In this document: positions 24,286 to 32,634 of the stretch, one piece after another
How the letters are laid out: each line of letters starts with the position of its first letter
Position numbering within the stretch: the stretch's first letter is position 1
Program-made: the position numbers and the translations under genes
Notes under the pieces: model-generated
Databases searched by the model: none
What the model was told of the DNA's origin: nothing
What the model saw: only the letters and a program-made list of their open reading frames with translations
Assembly (NCBI GenBank): GCA_016868975.1
Contig: VGFD01000001.1
Location: 1 to 45,533 of the forward strand
Length of the DNA stretch: 45,533 nucleotides
Reading direction: 5' to 3'
Source of the DNA: Armatimonadota bacterium
Lineage (GTDB): Bacteria > Vulcanimicrobiota > Xenobia > RGZZ01

Positions 24286-26394
24286 TCACGCCTGATTGCC
24301 GCGTCGGAGCGTGAGCCAGGAGGCGGCATACAGACCAATCACCAGGACGGTGATGATCCGCATGCCCCACAGGAAGGTCAGCGACTCGAGCATGCCTCCC
24401 ACGATCGCGCCGATGAGATTGGAGCCAAGCGCCACGTTGCGCCGCGGAAACGCCTCAAATTGCTTGACGAATATCAGGCCCGCGAAAAACACCGGCGCGC
24501 ATAGAAAGAGCGAAGACAGAAAGGCGCGGGTGGCAAGGGGAAAATTCTGGAAGGCGCTCAGCGGCACCAGCAGGTTGATCAGCAGGGTGCCCAGCAGCAA
24601 CCCGTAGATTAGCGGAATGGCTCGTCTGGTCAGCCGCTCGGCCAGGCAATTGGCCAGGAAGATGAACAGAAGCACCGCGGTGATGACGAAGGAATTCACT
24701 ACCCAGGTGGAGCCGAAGAGCAGCATGGCGCGGCTGATGGCGTGCACCTCCAGCAGCAGGAAGGCTGCTCCCAGCAGGAAGAACGTGGGGTCGACGCGCT
24801 CGCCGCCGGCAAATAATATCCGCTTCAAGATCCAGAGCGTGAGCAGCACCAGGATGGATATCGTGACGTATTCGGCGGGCAGCGTGGGTTGCTCCAGATA
24901 CAGGTAGGGCCAATCGTCGGTGGTGGGAACGACCCTGGCGGTCGCGGTGCTGCCGGAAGTGCGGGCGGCCACCTCGGGCACCGCCTTGACGGCCGCCATC
25001 ATGCGCTCCTGATCGGCCCGGGTGGACGCGATGAACAGCGCGCCGGAGGCGCCGTAGCGGAAGGTGTAGGTTCCGCTGTCTAGAGAGTAGAGCAGGGGCA
25101 GATGTCCAAAGATGTCCATCAGCAGGCGGTCCAGGCGATACCCGACAAACGGTTTCGGAAGGGCGAAGCCGCAGAACAGGACGCCGTCCGGCTTGAGCAG
25201 GGCGGCGGCTTCCTGAAAAGCTTCGCGGGTGTACACGTAGTTGTCCAGGCGCAGGTTGTTGAGCCCGGAAACCTGGGTGTGCGAGTCGAGCAATGCGAAC
25301 CGGATGGCGTCGAACTTCTCGGTGGAGCGCTTGAAATACGCGCGCGCGTCGTCGACCACCACTTCCACGCGGGGATCCGAGTAGGGCTGTTCCGGATGAA
25401 ACTGGCGTCCCAGCGCGACGATGGCCGGGTCAATCTCCACCGCAACCACGTGCTCGGCCCCGGCGCGCAGCGCGGAGGCGACGTCATTGCCGCTGCCGGC
25501 TCCCACGATAAGCACGGATTTTGGCGCTTTCTTGAAAACCCATGGGGCCACGTACCAGCTGCTGCGAAGCAGCGCCGCGTCGTATTTCTCCGGGTGTTTC
25601 TGGAGCCACTCGCTGCTCAGATTCACCATTCCCTGATACCAGACGCCGTTGACCTCCAGGTGATATCCGAACTTGAAATTGTCCGGCTCAGACACAGCCT
25701 CGCGCAGGATCAACTTGTGGTACGGGGACCATACGACCTTCTCAGCAGGCGCCGGCGGGTGCAGCGCGGCCAGCATGGCCAGTCCGAGCAGGCCAGCAGT
25801 ACCCACCCGCGTGCGCACGTCGGGCATGGCGATCAAGTAGAGCAGCAGGGCCACCGCAAACCACGCGGCCGGGGGGAGCCACGCGAAGCACAGCGCGTTG
25901 AAAATCCACACGCCGGCCAGACTCCCCAGGATGTTCGCGGAATACGCGCGGATCGCGTTGGAAGGCTCGTTCATCCAACGGCCCATCAACTGACCAAGAG
26001 GAAAGAACACAAACGCGATGGCCAGAAATGAGCCCAGCAGAAGGAACAGCCCGCGAGCCAGCGCGAGCCAGTCGACGATGGCCGGCTTTTCCTGGTACCA
26101 CACGTACACCTGGGAGAGGGAGCCGAGATCGTCGGTGATGTGCTGCAGCGGCCGCCAGCCGGTGTTGATGGGGTCTTCGACCAGGATCACCAGCCCGGCC
26201 AGCACCGCCGCCGAGGCCACCGGCCAGGCGCGCCGATCCGAGGCGTAGCAGCCCAGGCCCATTCCCAGGAAGACGGCCAGCAGAACCAGCGAGTGCAGGT
26301 AAGCGAAGATGCGGACCTCGCTGGCGTACCATCGAATCACCAGCATCTCGACAAACAAGATCAAGACGCTGATCCAGAAAATGCGTGCGGTCAT
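24286..26394 (-). CDS. Polytopic membrane protein with central spermidine-synthase-like (class I SAM-fold) domain
   Basis: Multiple hydrophobic segments lie at both ends. The centre carries VLIVGAGSGNDVASAL...VVAVEIDPAIV...VVDDARAYF, the aminopropyl/methyltransferase fold motifs. Confidence 0.75.
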   Translation of the reverse strand: MTARIFWISVLILFVEMLVIRWYASEVRIFAYLHSLVLLAVFLGMGLGCYASDRRAWPVASAAVLAGLVILVEDPINTGWRPLQHITDDLGSLSQVYVWYQEKPAIVDWLALARGLFLLLGSFLAIAFVFFPLGQLMGRWMNEPSNAIRAYSANILGSLAGVWIFNALCFAWLPPAAWFAVALLLYLIAMPDVRTRVGTAGLLGLAMLAALHPPAPAEKVVWSPYHKLILREAVSEPDNFKFGYHLEVNGVWYQGMVNLSSEWLQKHPEKYDAALLRSSWYVAPWVFKKAPKSVLIVGAGSGNDVASALRAGAEHVVAVEIDPAIVALGRQFHPEQPYSDPRVEVVVDDARAYFKRSTEKFDAIRFALLDSHTQVSGLNNLRLDNYVYTREAFQEAAALLKPDGVLFCGFALPKPFVGYRLDRLLMDIFGHLPLLYSLDSGTYTFRYGASGALFIASTRADQERMMAAVKAVPEVAARTSGSTATARVVPTTDDWPYLYLEQPTLPAEYVTISILVLLTLWILKRILFAGGERVDPTFFLLGAAFLLLEVHAISRAMLLFGSTWVVNSFVITAVLLFIFLANCLAERLTRRAIPLIYGLLLGTLLINLLVPLSAFQNFPLATRAFLSSLFLCAPVFFAGLIFVKQFEAFPRRNVALGSNLIGAIVGGMLESLTFLWGMRIITVLVIGLYAASWLTLRRGNQA

Positions 26395-26447
26395 GTGCGC
26401 CAGGACATTCTACGCGGAGCGCCGCCACCCTACAGCAAAGAACATGT

Positions 26448-26870
26448 CTACTCGCCGATGATTTTCACGAGGACCCGCTTGCGCCGCTTTCCGTCAAACT
26501 CGGCGTAGAAAATCTGCTCCCAAGGCCCGAAATCCAGCTTGCCTTCAGTGATCGCGACGACCACCTCGCGGCCCATGACCTGCCGCTTGACGTGCGCGTC
26601 CCCGTTGTCCTCGCCGGTGCGGTTGTGACGGTATTTTTGCGGGGATGCGTCGAACGGCGCGAGGCGTTCCAGAAAATCGTCGAAATCCTGCAAGAGACCG
26701 GATTCGTCGTCGTTGACGTACACGCTGGCGGTGATGTGCATGGCGTTGACCAGCACCATCCCCTCGCGCACGCCGCTTTCCCGGACGCACTCCTCCACCT
26801 GGCGCGTGATATTGATGTAATCGCGGCGGTTGGGCGTCTGGAACCACAGCTCCTTGCGAAACGACTTCAT
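26448..26870 (-). CDS. yjbQ: YjbQ/UPF0047 family protein
   Basis: Start [12 protein letters not shown] is codon 60 of the track ORF. The sequence ...[21 protein letters not shown]...[37 protein letters not shown] is typical of UPF0047. Confidence 0.8.
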   Translation of the reverse strand: MKSFRKELWFQTPNRRDYINITRQVEECVRESGVREGMVLVNAMHITASVYVNDDESGLLQDFDDFLERLAPFDASPQKYRHNRTGEDNGDAHVKRQVMGREVVVAITEGKLDFGPWEQIFYAEFDGKRRKRVLVKIIGE

Positions 26871-27433
26871 GCCTCCACCTTGCCGCGCGCCAGCACGTCC
26901 CGCGCTTCGGGGCTGTCCGGGCGAAGGCGCAGGGCGCGCTCGGCCATCAGCCGGGCCGGCTCGAAGTCGCGCTCCTTCAGGTAACGCTCGGCGCGTCGCA
27001 GAAGCACGGCGAACCGCTCGTCGAGCGAGACGCTTTCGATGTCCCACTCCGGCCGCAGCAGGTGCACGCCGTCCGTCTCGGCGGCGATGCGATCCGCTTC
27101 GTCAAAGGCTCCCGCGGCCTGGCGGTCGAGCGCCTTGCGGACCCGCTCGAACAAGGGGCGGATGCGCTCCACGGTGGCGTTGCGGTCCTTGATCATGTAG
27201 TCGTCAGGGTCGGCCGCTTTCCCGCTGAACACCTTGGAGAGGAGCGCCGCCTTGGCCCGGGCCGCGGCGAACAACTCGTCGCACATCCGCTCGGTGCTGT
27301 CGATTCCCACGTCGCACGCGGAGTGATTGTCACCCACCGGGGCCCGCAGATCATAGGCCAGGAAGGCAATCTTGCGCTCGAGGTCAAGCTTGATGACGTC
27401 CACGCAGAGGATCCCGATACGCTGATTCTTCAT
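26867..27433 (-). CDS. Hypothetical protein with a possible TPR-like helical C-terminus
   Basis: ATG start and coding-like GC3. The stop overlaps the yjbQ start as ATGA. C-terminus ...[36 protein letters not shown]. Confidence 0.5.
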   Translation of the reverse strand: MKNQRIGILCVDVIKLDLERKIAFLAYDLRAPVGDNHSACDVGIDSTERMCDELFAAARAKAALLSKVFSGKAADPDDYMIKDRNATVERIRPLFERVRKALDRQAAGAFDEADRIAAETDGVHLLRPEWDIESVSLDERFAVLLRRAERYLKERDFEPARLMAERALRLRPDSPEARDVLARGKVEA

Positions 27434-27543
27434 GGACGGAGGTTGCGCGCCGGGGTGGAGCGACTCCTTCTTGAGGGCCGCGTGGACGACCCCCTGCCGT
27501 AACGTTCACACGGCGGCAACATTCATCGCTTGTCGCGGCGGGC

Positions 27544-27900
27544 TTGACGACGCGATGGAAGAGTATGACCGACAACCTGACTCCTTTCGACGCCCGCACC
27601 GCGCTGGAGCTGGAACTGGGGCGCTTCGTGGAAAACGCCGAACTGCTGGAGTGGTTCGTCTATGGCGTGCCTTCGCTGTCGCGGCGGGTGGCGCAGATTC
27701 TGCGTTCGGTCAATCTCGATACCCTCATTGCGGGTCTGGAAGCCACCTTGATGGAGAAGCTCAGCGTCCAGGAAGCCGTGTACGAGCGGCTGGCGCGCAT
27801 GCTGGACGGCGGTGACGCGGTGCTGGCCCGCGACATCCTCGCGCGTTCCACCAGCAGCGAGGCGGCCGCGCTGTTGCACCGTCGCGCACGGCTGGCATGA
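27544..27900 (+). CDS. Hypothetical helical protein
   Basis: TTG start at 27544, or ATG at 27565 (MTDNLTPF). Coding-like GC3 and no motif I recognise. Confidence 0.4.
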   Translation: MTTRWKSMTDNLTPFDARTALELELGRFVENAELLEWFVYGVPSLSRRVAQILRSVNLDTLIAGLEATLMEKLSVQEAVYERLARMLDGGDAVLARDILARSTSSEAAALLHRRARLA

Positions 27901-27922
27901 AAAAAGCGCGCTCCGAGCGCGC
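27900..27922 (-). terminator. Intrinsic terminator for the 27963-28298 gene
   Basis: The minus strand reads GCGCGC-TCGGA-GCGCGC followed by TTTTTT. Confidence 0.7.
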
Positions 27923-27962
27923 AGCGGACGGTCAACGTTGAGCGTCCCTGATGGGACTGCTG

Positions 27963-28298
27963 CTACCCACCCCACAGGAAGATCTTCTTCGCGCGCACCT
28001 TCAGGTCCCAGGTGGCGCCGCCGTGCACCGTGATCTTCATGCCCTTCTGGAGCAGCTTCCAGGAGAACGACGGCACCTGCTTGTCGAGCACGTACATCTT
28101 CGTGTTGCCGTCCACCAGGACGTCCGCCGCGGTGCCGTCCTTGTCCGCCGGGCTGACCTTGATGACGCCGCGGTCCGGCTGGATCGCGGTGACTTTGTAT
28201 CGACGATCGACGACGACGAGCTGGGCGTCGGCCGGAGTCGCGGCCAGCGTGGCTATGACAGCGATTATCAACACATAGGGGAGCGCGCGCACCGACAT
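27963..28298 (-). CDS. Small secreted protein (111 aa)
   Basis: Signal peptide MSVRALPYVLIIAVIATLAATPADA, followed by a beta-rich mature part. Confidence 0.55.
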   Translation of the reverse strand: MSVRALPYVLIIAVIATLAATPADAQLVVVDRRYKVTAIQPDRGVIKVSPADKDGTAADVLVDGNTKMYVLDKQVPSFSWKLLQKGMKITVHGGATWDLKVRAKKIFLWGG

Positions 28299-28365
28299 CG
28301 AAAAGCCTCCTGGGTGGCTGATTGCTGCTGGTAGAACCTCTGACCACCAGAAAAGTTGTCAACGA

Positions 28366-29796
28366 ATGTCCTCATTTTCCGCCTTGCTTGAAGAGGTGCC
28401 TCCCTACGACGCCTATCCGCGCGTCGAGGCGCTGCACAACGCGGCCCGCTGGCTGGCCGAGCAGTATCCCGATCACTGCGCGTTGAGCGAGATCGGCCGC
28501 TCTCGGCAGGGCACTCCCATCCTCAGCCTGCGGGTCGGGGACGGGCCGTTCCAGGCGCTCGTGGTCGGCCTTCCCCACCCCGACGAGCCCATCGGCAGCC
28601 TGATGATCTCGTTCCTGGCCAAGCGCCTGCTCGACGATCCGGAGTGGCGCCGCGACATGAGCTTTACCTGGCACTTCGTGTGGGCCGCCGACCCGGACGG
28701 GGCGCGCCTCAACGAGGAGTGGTACCACGGGCCGTTCGACCCGGGCTTCGTGGGGCGCCACTATTATCGGCCGGTCGAGCGCGACCAGTTCGAATGGTCG
28801 TTTCCCCTGGACTACAAGTTGGTCTCCTTCACCACCCCCAATCCGGAGAGCGCCGCGGTGATGCGGCTCATCGACGGCACCCCCATCGACTACCTCGCGA
28901 ACCTGCACAACTGCACGGTGGGCGGGGCGTATCTCTATCTCTCCCACCCGGCCGCCGACCTGCACGCGCCGTTCTATGAGATGCTGGCCCGCGCGCGCAT
29001 CCCCCCGCACCGCGGCGCGCCCGAGGTCCCCTACCTGATGAGCTTCGACGGCGACGCGGTTTTTCGCGCGTACGGCAGCCGCGACGTGTACGACTTCTAC
29101 GAGCGCGTCGGCCACCCCGACCCCGGGAGATTCGTCACCGCCGGCACCTGCTGCGACGAGTACGCCATCGCGAAGTGGGACGCGTTCACGCTGGTCTGCG
29201 AGCTGCCCTACTTCGTCCACCCCGACGTGGCCGTGCGCGAGCGTGCCGGCGGCACCCGACGCGCCTTGCTGGCGGACGCGTGGCGCCGGGAGTCCGAGGC
29301 CGTTGCCTGGGTGGAGGATTTCTGGAAGCGCTGCGACGCGCGCGTCTCCGACAATCCCTTTGGGCGCGTGCTGCGCGAGTACGTGGGGGGATATCGCCAG
29401 CACCGCGAGGCCGAGCTTGCCGACGCCCAGGCCACGCCCGCAACCGTGGCCGAAGAGGCGGACGTGCGCGTGATGCGCGGTTACGACCATCTCTTTGTGC
29501 TCGGGCAGACGGCCCGCGCCCTGGCATGGGAGCTGGGCGTGCGGCCTGTCGGCTGGCAGGGCGGCGACCCGCCGAGGGCTGGCTGCGAGGGGTTGCTGGC
29601 CGAGGCCAACGCGCGCTACGACGCGTTGCTGGCCTCGGTGCAGGCGCTGTCACCGATTGTGACGCCGACGCCGGGCGTGCTGGCGCGCGGCATGCTGGAG
29701 ATGGTATTGCACGGCGCGGTACACGCCCGCGACAAGCATCGCGGCGGACGTCCCCGGGGGGCCCAGATTGCGTCGGGGAAAGGGTGGACCGCATGA
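28366..29796 (+). CDS. M14-like zinc carboxypeptidase-fold protein, cytoplasmic (no signal peptide)
   Basis: GTPILSLRVGDGPFQALVVGLPHPDEPIGS contains the HxxE zinc motif in the usual M14 context. A later DYLANLHN is a candidate for the third ligand. Confidence 0.6.
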   Translation: MSSFSALLEEVPPYDAYPRVEALHNAARWLAEQYPDHCALSEIGRSRQGTPILSLRVGDGPFQALVVGLPHPDEPIGSLMISFLAKRLLDDPEWRRDMSFTWHFVWAADPDGARLNEEWYHGPFDPGFVGRHYYRPVERDQFEWSFPLDYKLVSFTTPNPESAAVMRLIDGTPIDYLANLHNCTVGGAYLYLSHPAADLHAPFYEMLARARIPPHRGAPEVPYLMSFDGDAVFRAYGSRDVYDFYERVGHPDPGRFVTAGTCCDEYAIAKWDAFTLVCELPYFVHPDVAVRERAGGTRRALLADAWRRESEAVAWVEDFWKRCDARVSDNPFGRVLREYVGGYRQHREAELADAQATPATVAEEADVRVMRGYDHLFVLGQTARALAWELGVRPVGWQGGDPPRAGCEGLLAEANARYDALLASVQALSPIVTPTPGVLARGMLEMVLHGAVHARDKHRGGRPRGAQIASGKGWTA

Positions 29797-31049
29797 GCGA
29801 GGCGGCGATCACCGAGGAAGTCCGCGCGCTGTACGAAAAATATCCGTTCCCCGGCCCGTATGCGTCGGAAAAGCCGCCCCAGCTCGACGGCATGACCTCG
29901 TACACCTACGTCTGCTACCAGGCGTTCCGCGAATATCGCAGCCACCAGGGCCGCCGCATTCTTGACGCCGGCTGCGGCACCGGGGAGACGCTGCGGCGCT
30001 ACGCGCTGAACAACCCGGGCGCGACGCTGGTGGGCTTCGACTTGAGCCAGGCGTCGCTGGATCTGGCCGCCGAAAAACTGGGCCGCGTGGAAGGCGTGGA
30101 ATGGCATCTCGAGCAGCGCGACCTGCTGGAGCTGGCGCCTCCCAAGGAGCCATTCGATCTGGTGAGCTGCACCGGCGTTCTGCACCACCTGGCCGATCCG
30201 CTCAAGGGGCTGCGCAATCTCGTCCCTTATTTGAAGCGCGACGGGATTTTCGCCATCTATCTGTACAGCGCGTACGCTCGGCGCGAAATTGAGATGGCCG
30301 CCGAGATCATCCGCATGCTGTGCGGGCCGCAGGAGTCCATGGACAAGCGCATCGATGTGGCGCGGCGGTTTTTCCGAGGCTTGCCGGCCGGGCATTTTCT
30401 TCTCGATCAGGCGAAATTCGAGACTGACGTGCGCGACTGGATTGAGCGCGACGAGCACCTCGCGGACATGTACCTGCACCCGCGCGAAATCAATTACACG
30501 TTCGACATGGTACTGGAGTTGCTCGATGGGGCCGGCCTGGAAATCGTCCGTTTCTACGACGAGGAGGCCTGGGATCTCGAGCGACTGCTGCCAGACGAGG
30601 ACCTGCGGCGGCGGACCATGTTCATGAGCCGGCGGCAGAAATATCGACTGGCCGACCTGCTCCATCCCCGGCCTTCCTACATTTTCATGGCGCGGCACAA
30701 GGCCTATACGCCGTCCCGCACGGTCGGGGACGTGCCGCTGATTTCCCCGGTGGCGGCCTGGGTGACGCGGCGGCCGGCGGTGGCGCGCCCTTCGATCCCC
30801 CCGGACACGATGATTGAAGTGCTCGGCTTCGCGCACCGCTCCTACCGCCTGGACGGTGACGCGGTTGAGGCCCTGGCCCTGTGCGACGGCGCCCGCACGG
30901 TCGACGAAGTGGCTGACGCGCGCGCCGCGGCGACCGGAGCGGATGTTGCAACGGCGCGGAAAATCAATCGCACGCTGTTCACAACCCTTGAAAAACAGGG
31001 AATCGTGTTGATGAAGCCTAAGGAGGCGTCCCCCGGTACAGGAATCTGA
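29793..31049 (+). CDS. Class I SAM-dependent methyltransferase fused to a C-terminal PqqD-like (RRE-like) domain
   Basis: Start MSEAAITEE overlaps the M14 stop as ATGA. Motif I ILDAGCGTGE, and motif post-II FDLVSCTGVLHHL. The last about 75 aa, SYRLDGDAVEALALCDGARTVDEVADA...INRTLFTTLEKQGIVL, fit the PqqD pattern. Confidence 0.7.
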   Translation: MSEAAITEEVRALYEKYPFPGPYASEKPPQLDGMTSYTYVCYQAFREYRSHQGRRILDAGCGTGETLRRYALNNPGATLVGFDLSQASLDLAAEKLGRVEGVEWHLEQRDLLELAPPKEPFDLVSCTGVLHHLADPLKGLRNLVPYLKRDGIFAIYLYSAYARREIEMAAEIIRMLCGPQESMDKRIDVARRFFRGLPAGHFLLDQAKFETDVRDWIERDEHLADMYLHPREINYTFDMVLELLDGAGLEIVRFYDEEAWDLERLLPDEDLRRRTMFMSRRQKYRLADLLHPRPSYIFMARHKAYTPSRTVGDVPLISPVAAWVTRRPAVARPSIPPDTMIEVLGFAHRSYRLDGDAVEALALCDGARTVDEVADARAAATGADVATARKINRTLFTTLEKQGIVLMKPKEASPGTGI

Positions 31050-31056
31050 CTCCTTC

Positions 31057-32634
31057 TTGAAGAAAATTAGCAAAGTGCGTGTGAAAGCGATCTGGAGCGT
31101 GATCTTTGGCGCCGTCGGCATGCTGGCCGTGGGCACGGTCACGTATGCCATGGTATCCTTCCACGTGACCGGCGCGACGCCCGCCGATCAGGCCTGTCTG
31201 GGCAGGAACACCATCCCCATCACGGTGTCGTACGCCGGCTTGCCCGGTACCGTGTCTCTCGCTATCGACGGCAGTCCACTCGAAGTGCGCGACGACCGGG
31301 AGAAGAAGATGTTGATCGCGGAGGCGCTGAACGTGCCGGACGGCGCGCACGCGATCGACCTCGTCGTGCGCCAAAAGATCGGCTTCAGCGAAGTGCGCAA
31401 GTCCTGGCAGGTCAACGTGGACACCCGTCCGCCCCGGGTCACGCTGTACACCCCGAAAGTCGACGCGATCGTGAAGGAGTCGCCCTGCAAGATCAACGGG
31501 CACACCGAGGCCGGCACGAAGTTGACGGTGGCGGTGTCGCCTTCGCCCGTCGACTTCAAGCCGAGCGCCTTCACCGCCGACGAAAAAGGCTATTTTTCGA
31601 CGTATGTTCCGCTTGCGGAAAACCAGAACACGGTGCGCCTGGACGCGGTGGACCGCAGCGGCAACCGCACCATCTCCAAGCGCACCGTGGTGTGTGATCG
31701 CACCGCGCCCGCGGTGACGAATCCGACGAAGACCCGCAATCTGACGCTGGAAGACGCGCCCACCGTGACGCTCAAGGCTACCATTGTGGAAAAAGGCTCC
31801 GGCATCAGGCGCGCCACCATCAAGCTGGACGCGCACCCGGCAAAGCCGGTTGAGATCTCTGGGAGCGGCGAGATTGTCTGGAGCGCCGATGACCTCCCCC
31901 AGGGCGAGCGGGAAATCACCCTCGAGGTTGAGGACGTGGCCGGCTGGATGACCACCCACCGATGGAATTTCCTGGTCGACACCACCGAGACGTTCGGCCG
32001 CGCGCAGATGACCCGCGGGGCGCGCGGCAAGGACGTGGCGCGCCTGCAGAAGCGTTTGGTGAAGCGGGGCTTTCTCACCGAGGGAGAGGTCACGTCGCTG
32101 TTTGACGAGCGCACCGAGTGGGCGCTCAAGCAGTTCCAGATGCAGCAGAAAATGGAGCCGGACGGCATGGCCGGCTACAAGACCATCGCTGAATTGTCGC
32201 CCAAAATCTACATCAACCTGGATCGCTTCTCGCTGTTGCTGGTGGACGGCGGCAACAAGGTAAAGTCCTACGGAGTGGCCCACGGGATGCCGGAGTATCC
32301 CACGCCGGCCGGAGATTTCCACGTGATGTTCCTGGAAAAAGACCCCACCTGGATTCCGCCCAGGGACTCGCTGTGGGCGCGCGAGGCGAAAATGACGCCG
32401 CCGGGACCCGGCAATCCGCTGGGCACCCGCTGGATCGGGCTCGATTCCGCCGCCGTGGGCATCCACGGAACTCCGTCCGCGTGGAGCATCGGCTCGCGCG
32501 CGTCGCACGGCTGCATCCGCATGCGCATCTTCGACGTCGAGGATCTTTTCGAGCGCGTGAACGAGGGCATGGAGGTCGTCATCTTCTGGGAGCGCGACCG
32601 TAAGGAGCTGGCGAAGAAGTACTGGGCGAATTAG
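31057..32634 (+). CDS. Membrane-anchored L,D-transpeptidase (YkuD) with Ig-like repeats and a peptidoglycan-binding domain
   Basis: TTG start 7 nt after the methyltransferase stop. N-terminal TM segment. PGBD-like GARGKDVARLQKRLVKRGF...DGMAGYKT. YkuD catalytic motif IHGTP...SHGCIRM. Confidence 0.85.
   Translation: MKKISKVRVKAIWSVIFGAVGMLAVGTVTYAMVSFHVTGATPADQACLGRNTIPITVSYAGLPGTVSLAIDGSPLEVRDDREKKMLIAEALNVPDGAHAIDLVVRQKIGFSEVRKSWQVNVDTRPPRVTLYTPKVDAIVKESPCKINGHTEAGTKLTVAVSPSPVDFKPSAFTADEKGYFSTYVPLAENQNTVRLDAVDRSGNRTISKRTVVCDRTAPAVTNPTKTRNLTLEDAPTVTLKATIVEKGSGIRRATIKLDAHPAKPVEISGSGEIVWSADDLPQGEREITLEVEDVAGWMTTHRWNFLVDTTETFGRAQMTRGARGKDVARLQKRLVKRGFLTEGEVTSLFDERTEWALKQFQMQQKMEPDGMAGYKTIAELSPKIYINLDRFSLLLVDGGNKVKSYGVAHGMPEYPTPAGDFHVMFLEKDPTWIPPRDSLWAREAKMTPPGPGNPLGTRWIGLDSAAVGIHGTPSAWSIGSRASHGCIRMRIFDVEDLFERVNEGMEVVIFWERDRKELAKKYWAN

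Noticed and set aside
29175-29792. The upstream extension of the methyltransferase ORF, whose track start at 29175 gives 624 aa.
   Set aside because: The extension is Arg/Gly/Ala-rich junk that overlaps the M14-like gene in another frame. The ATG at 29793 gives a normal methyltransferase N-terminus and a classic ATGA overlap.
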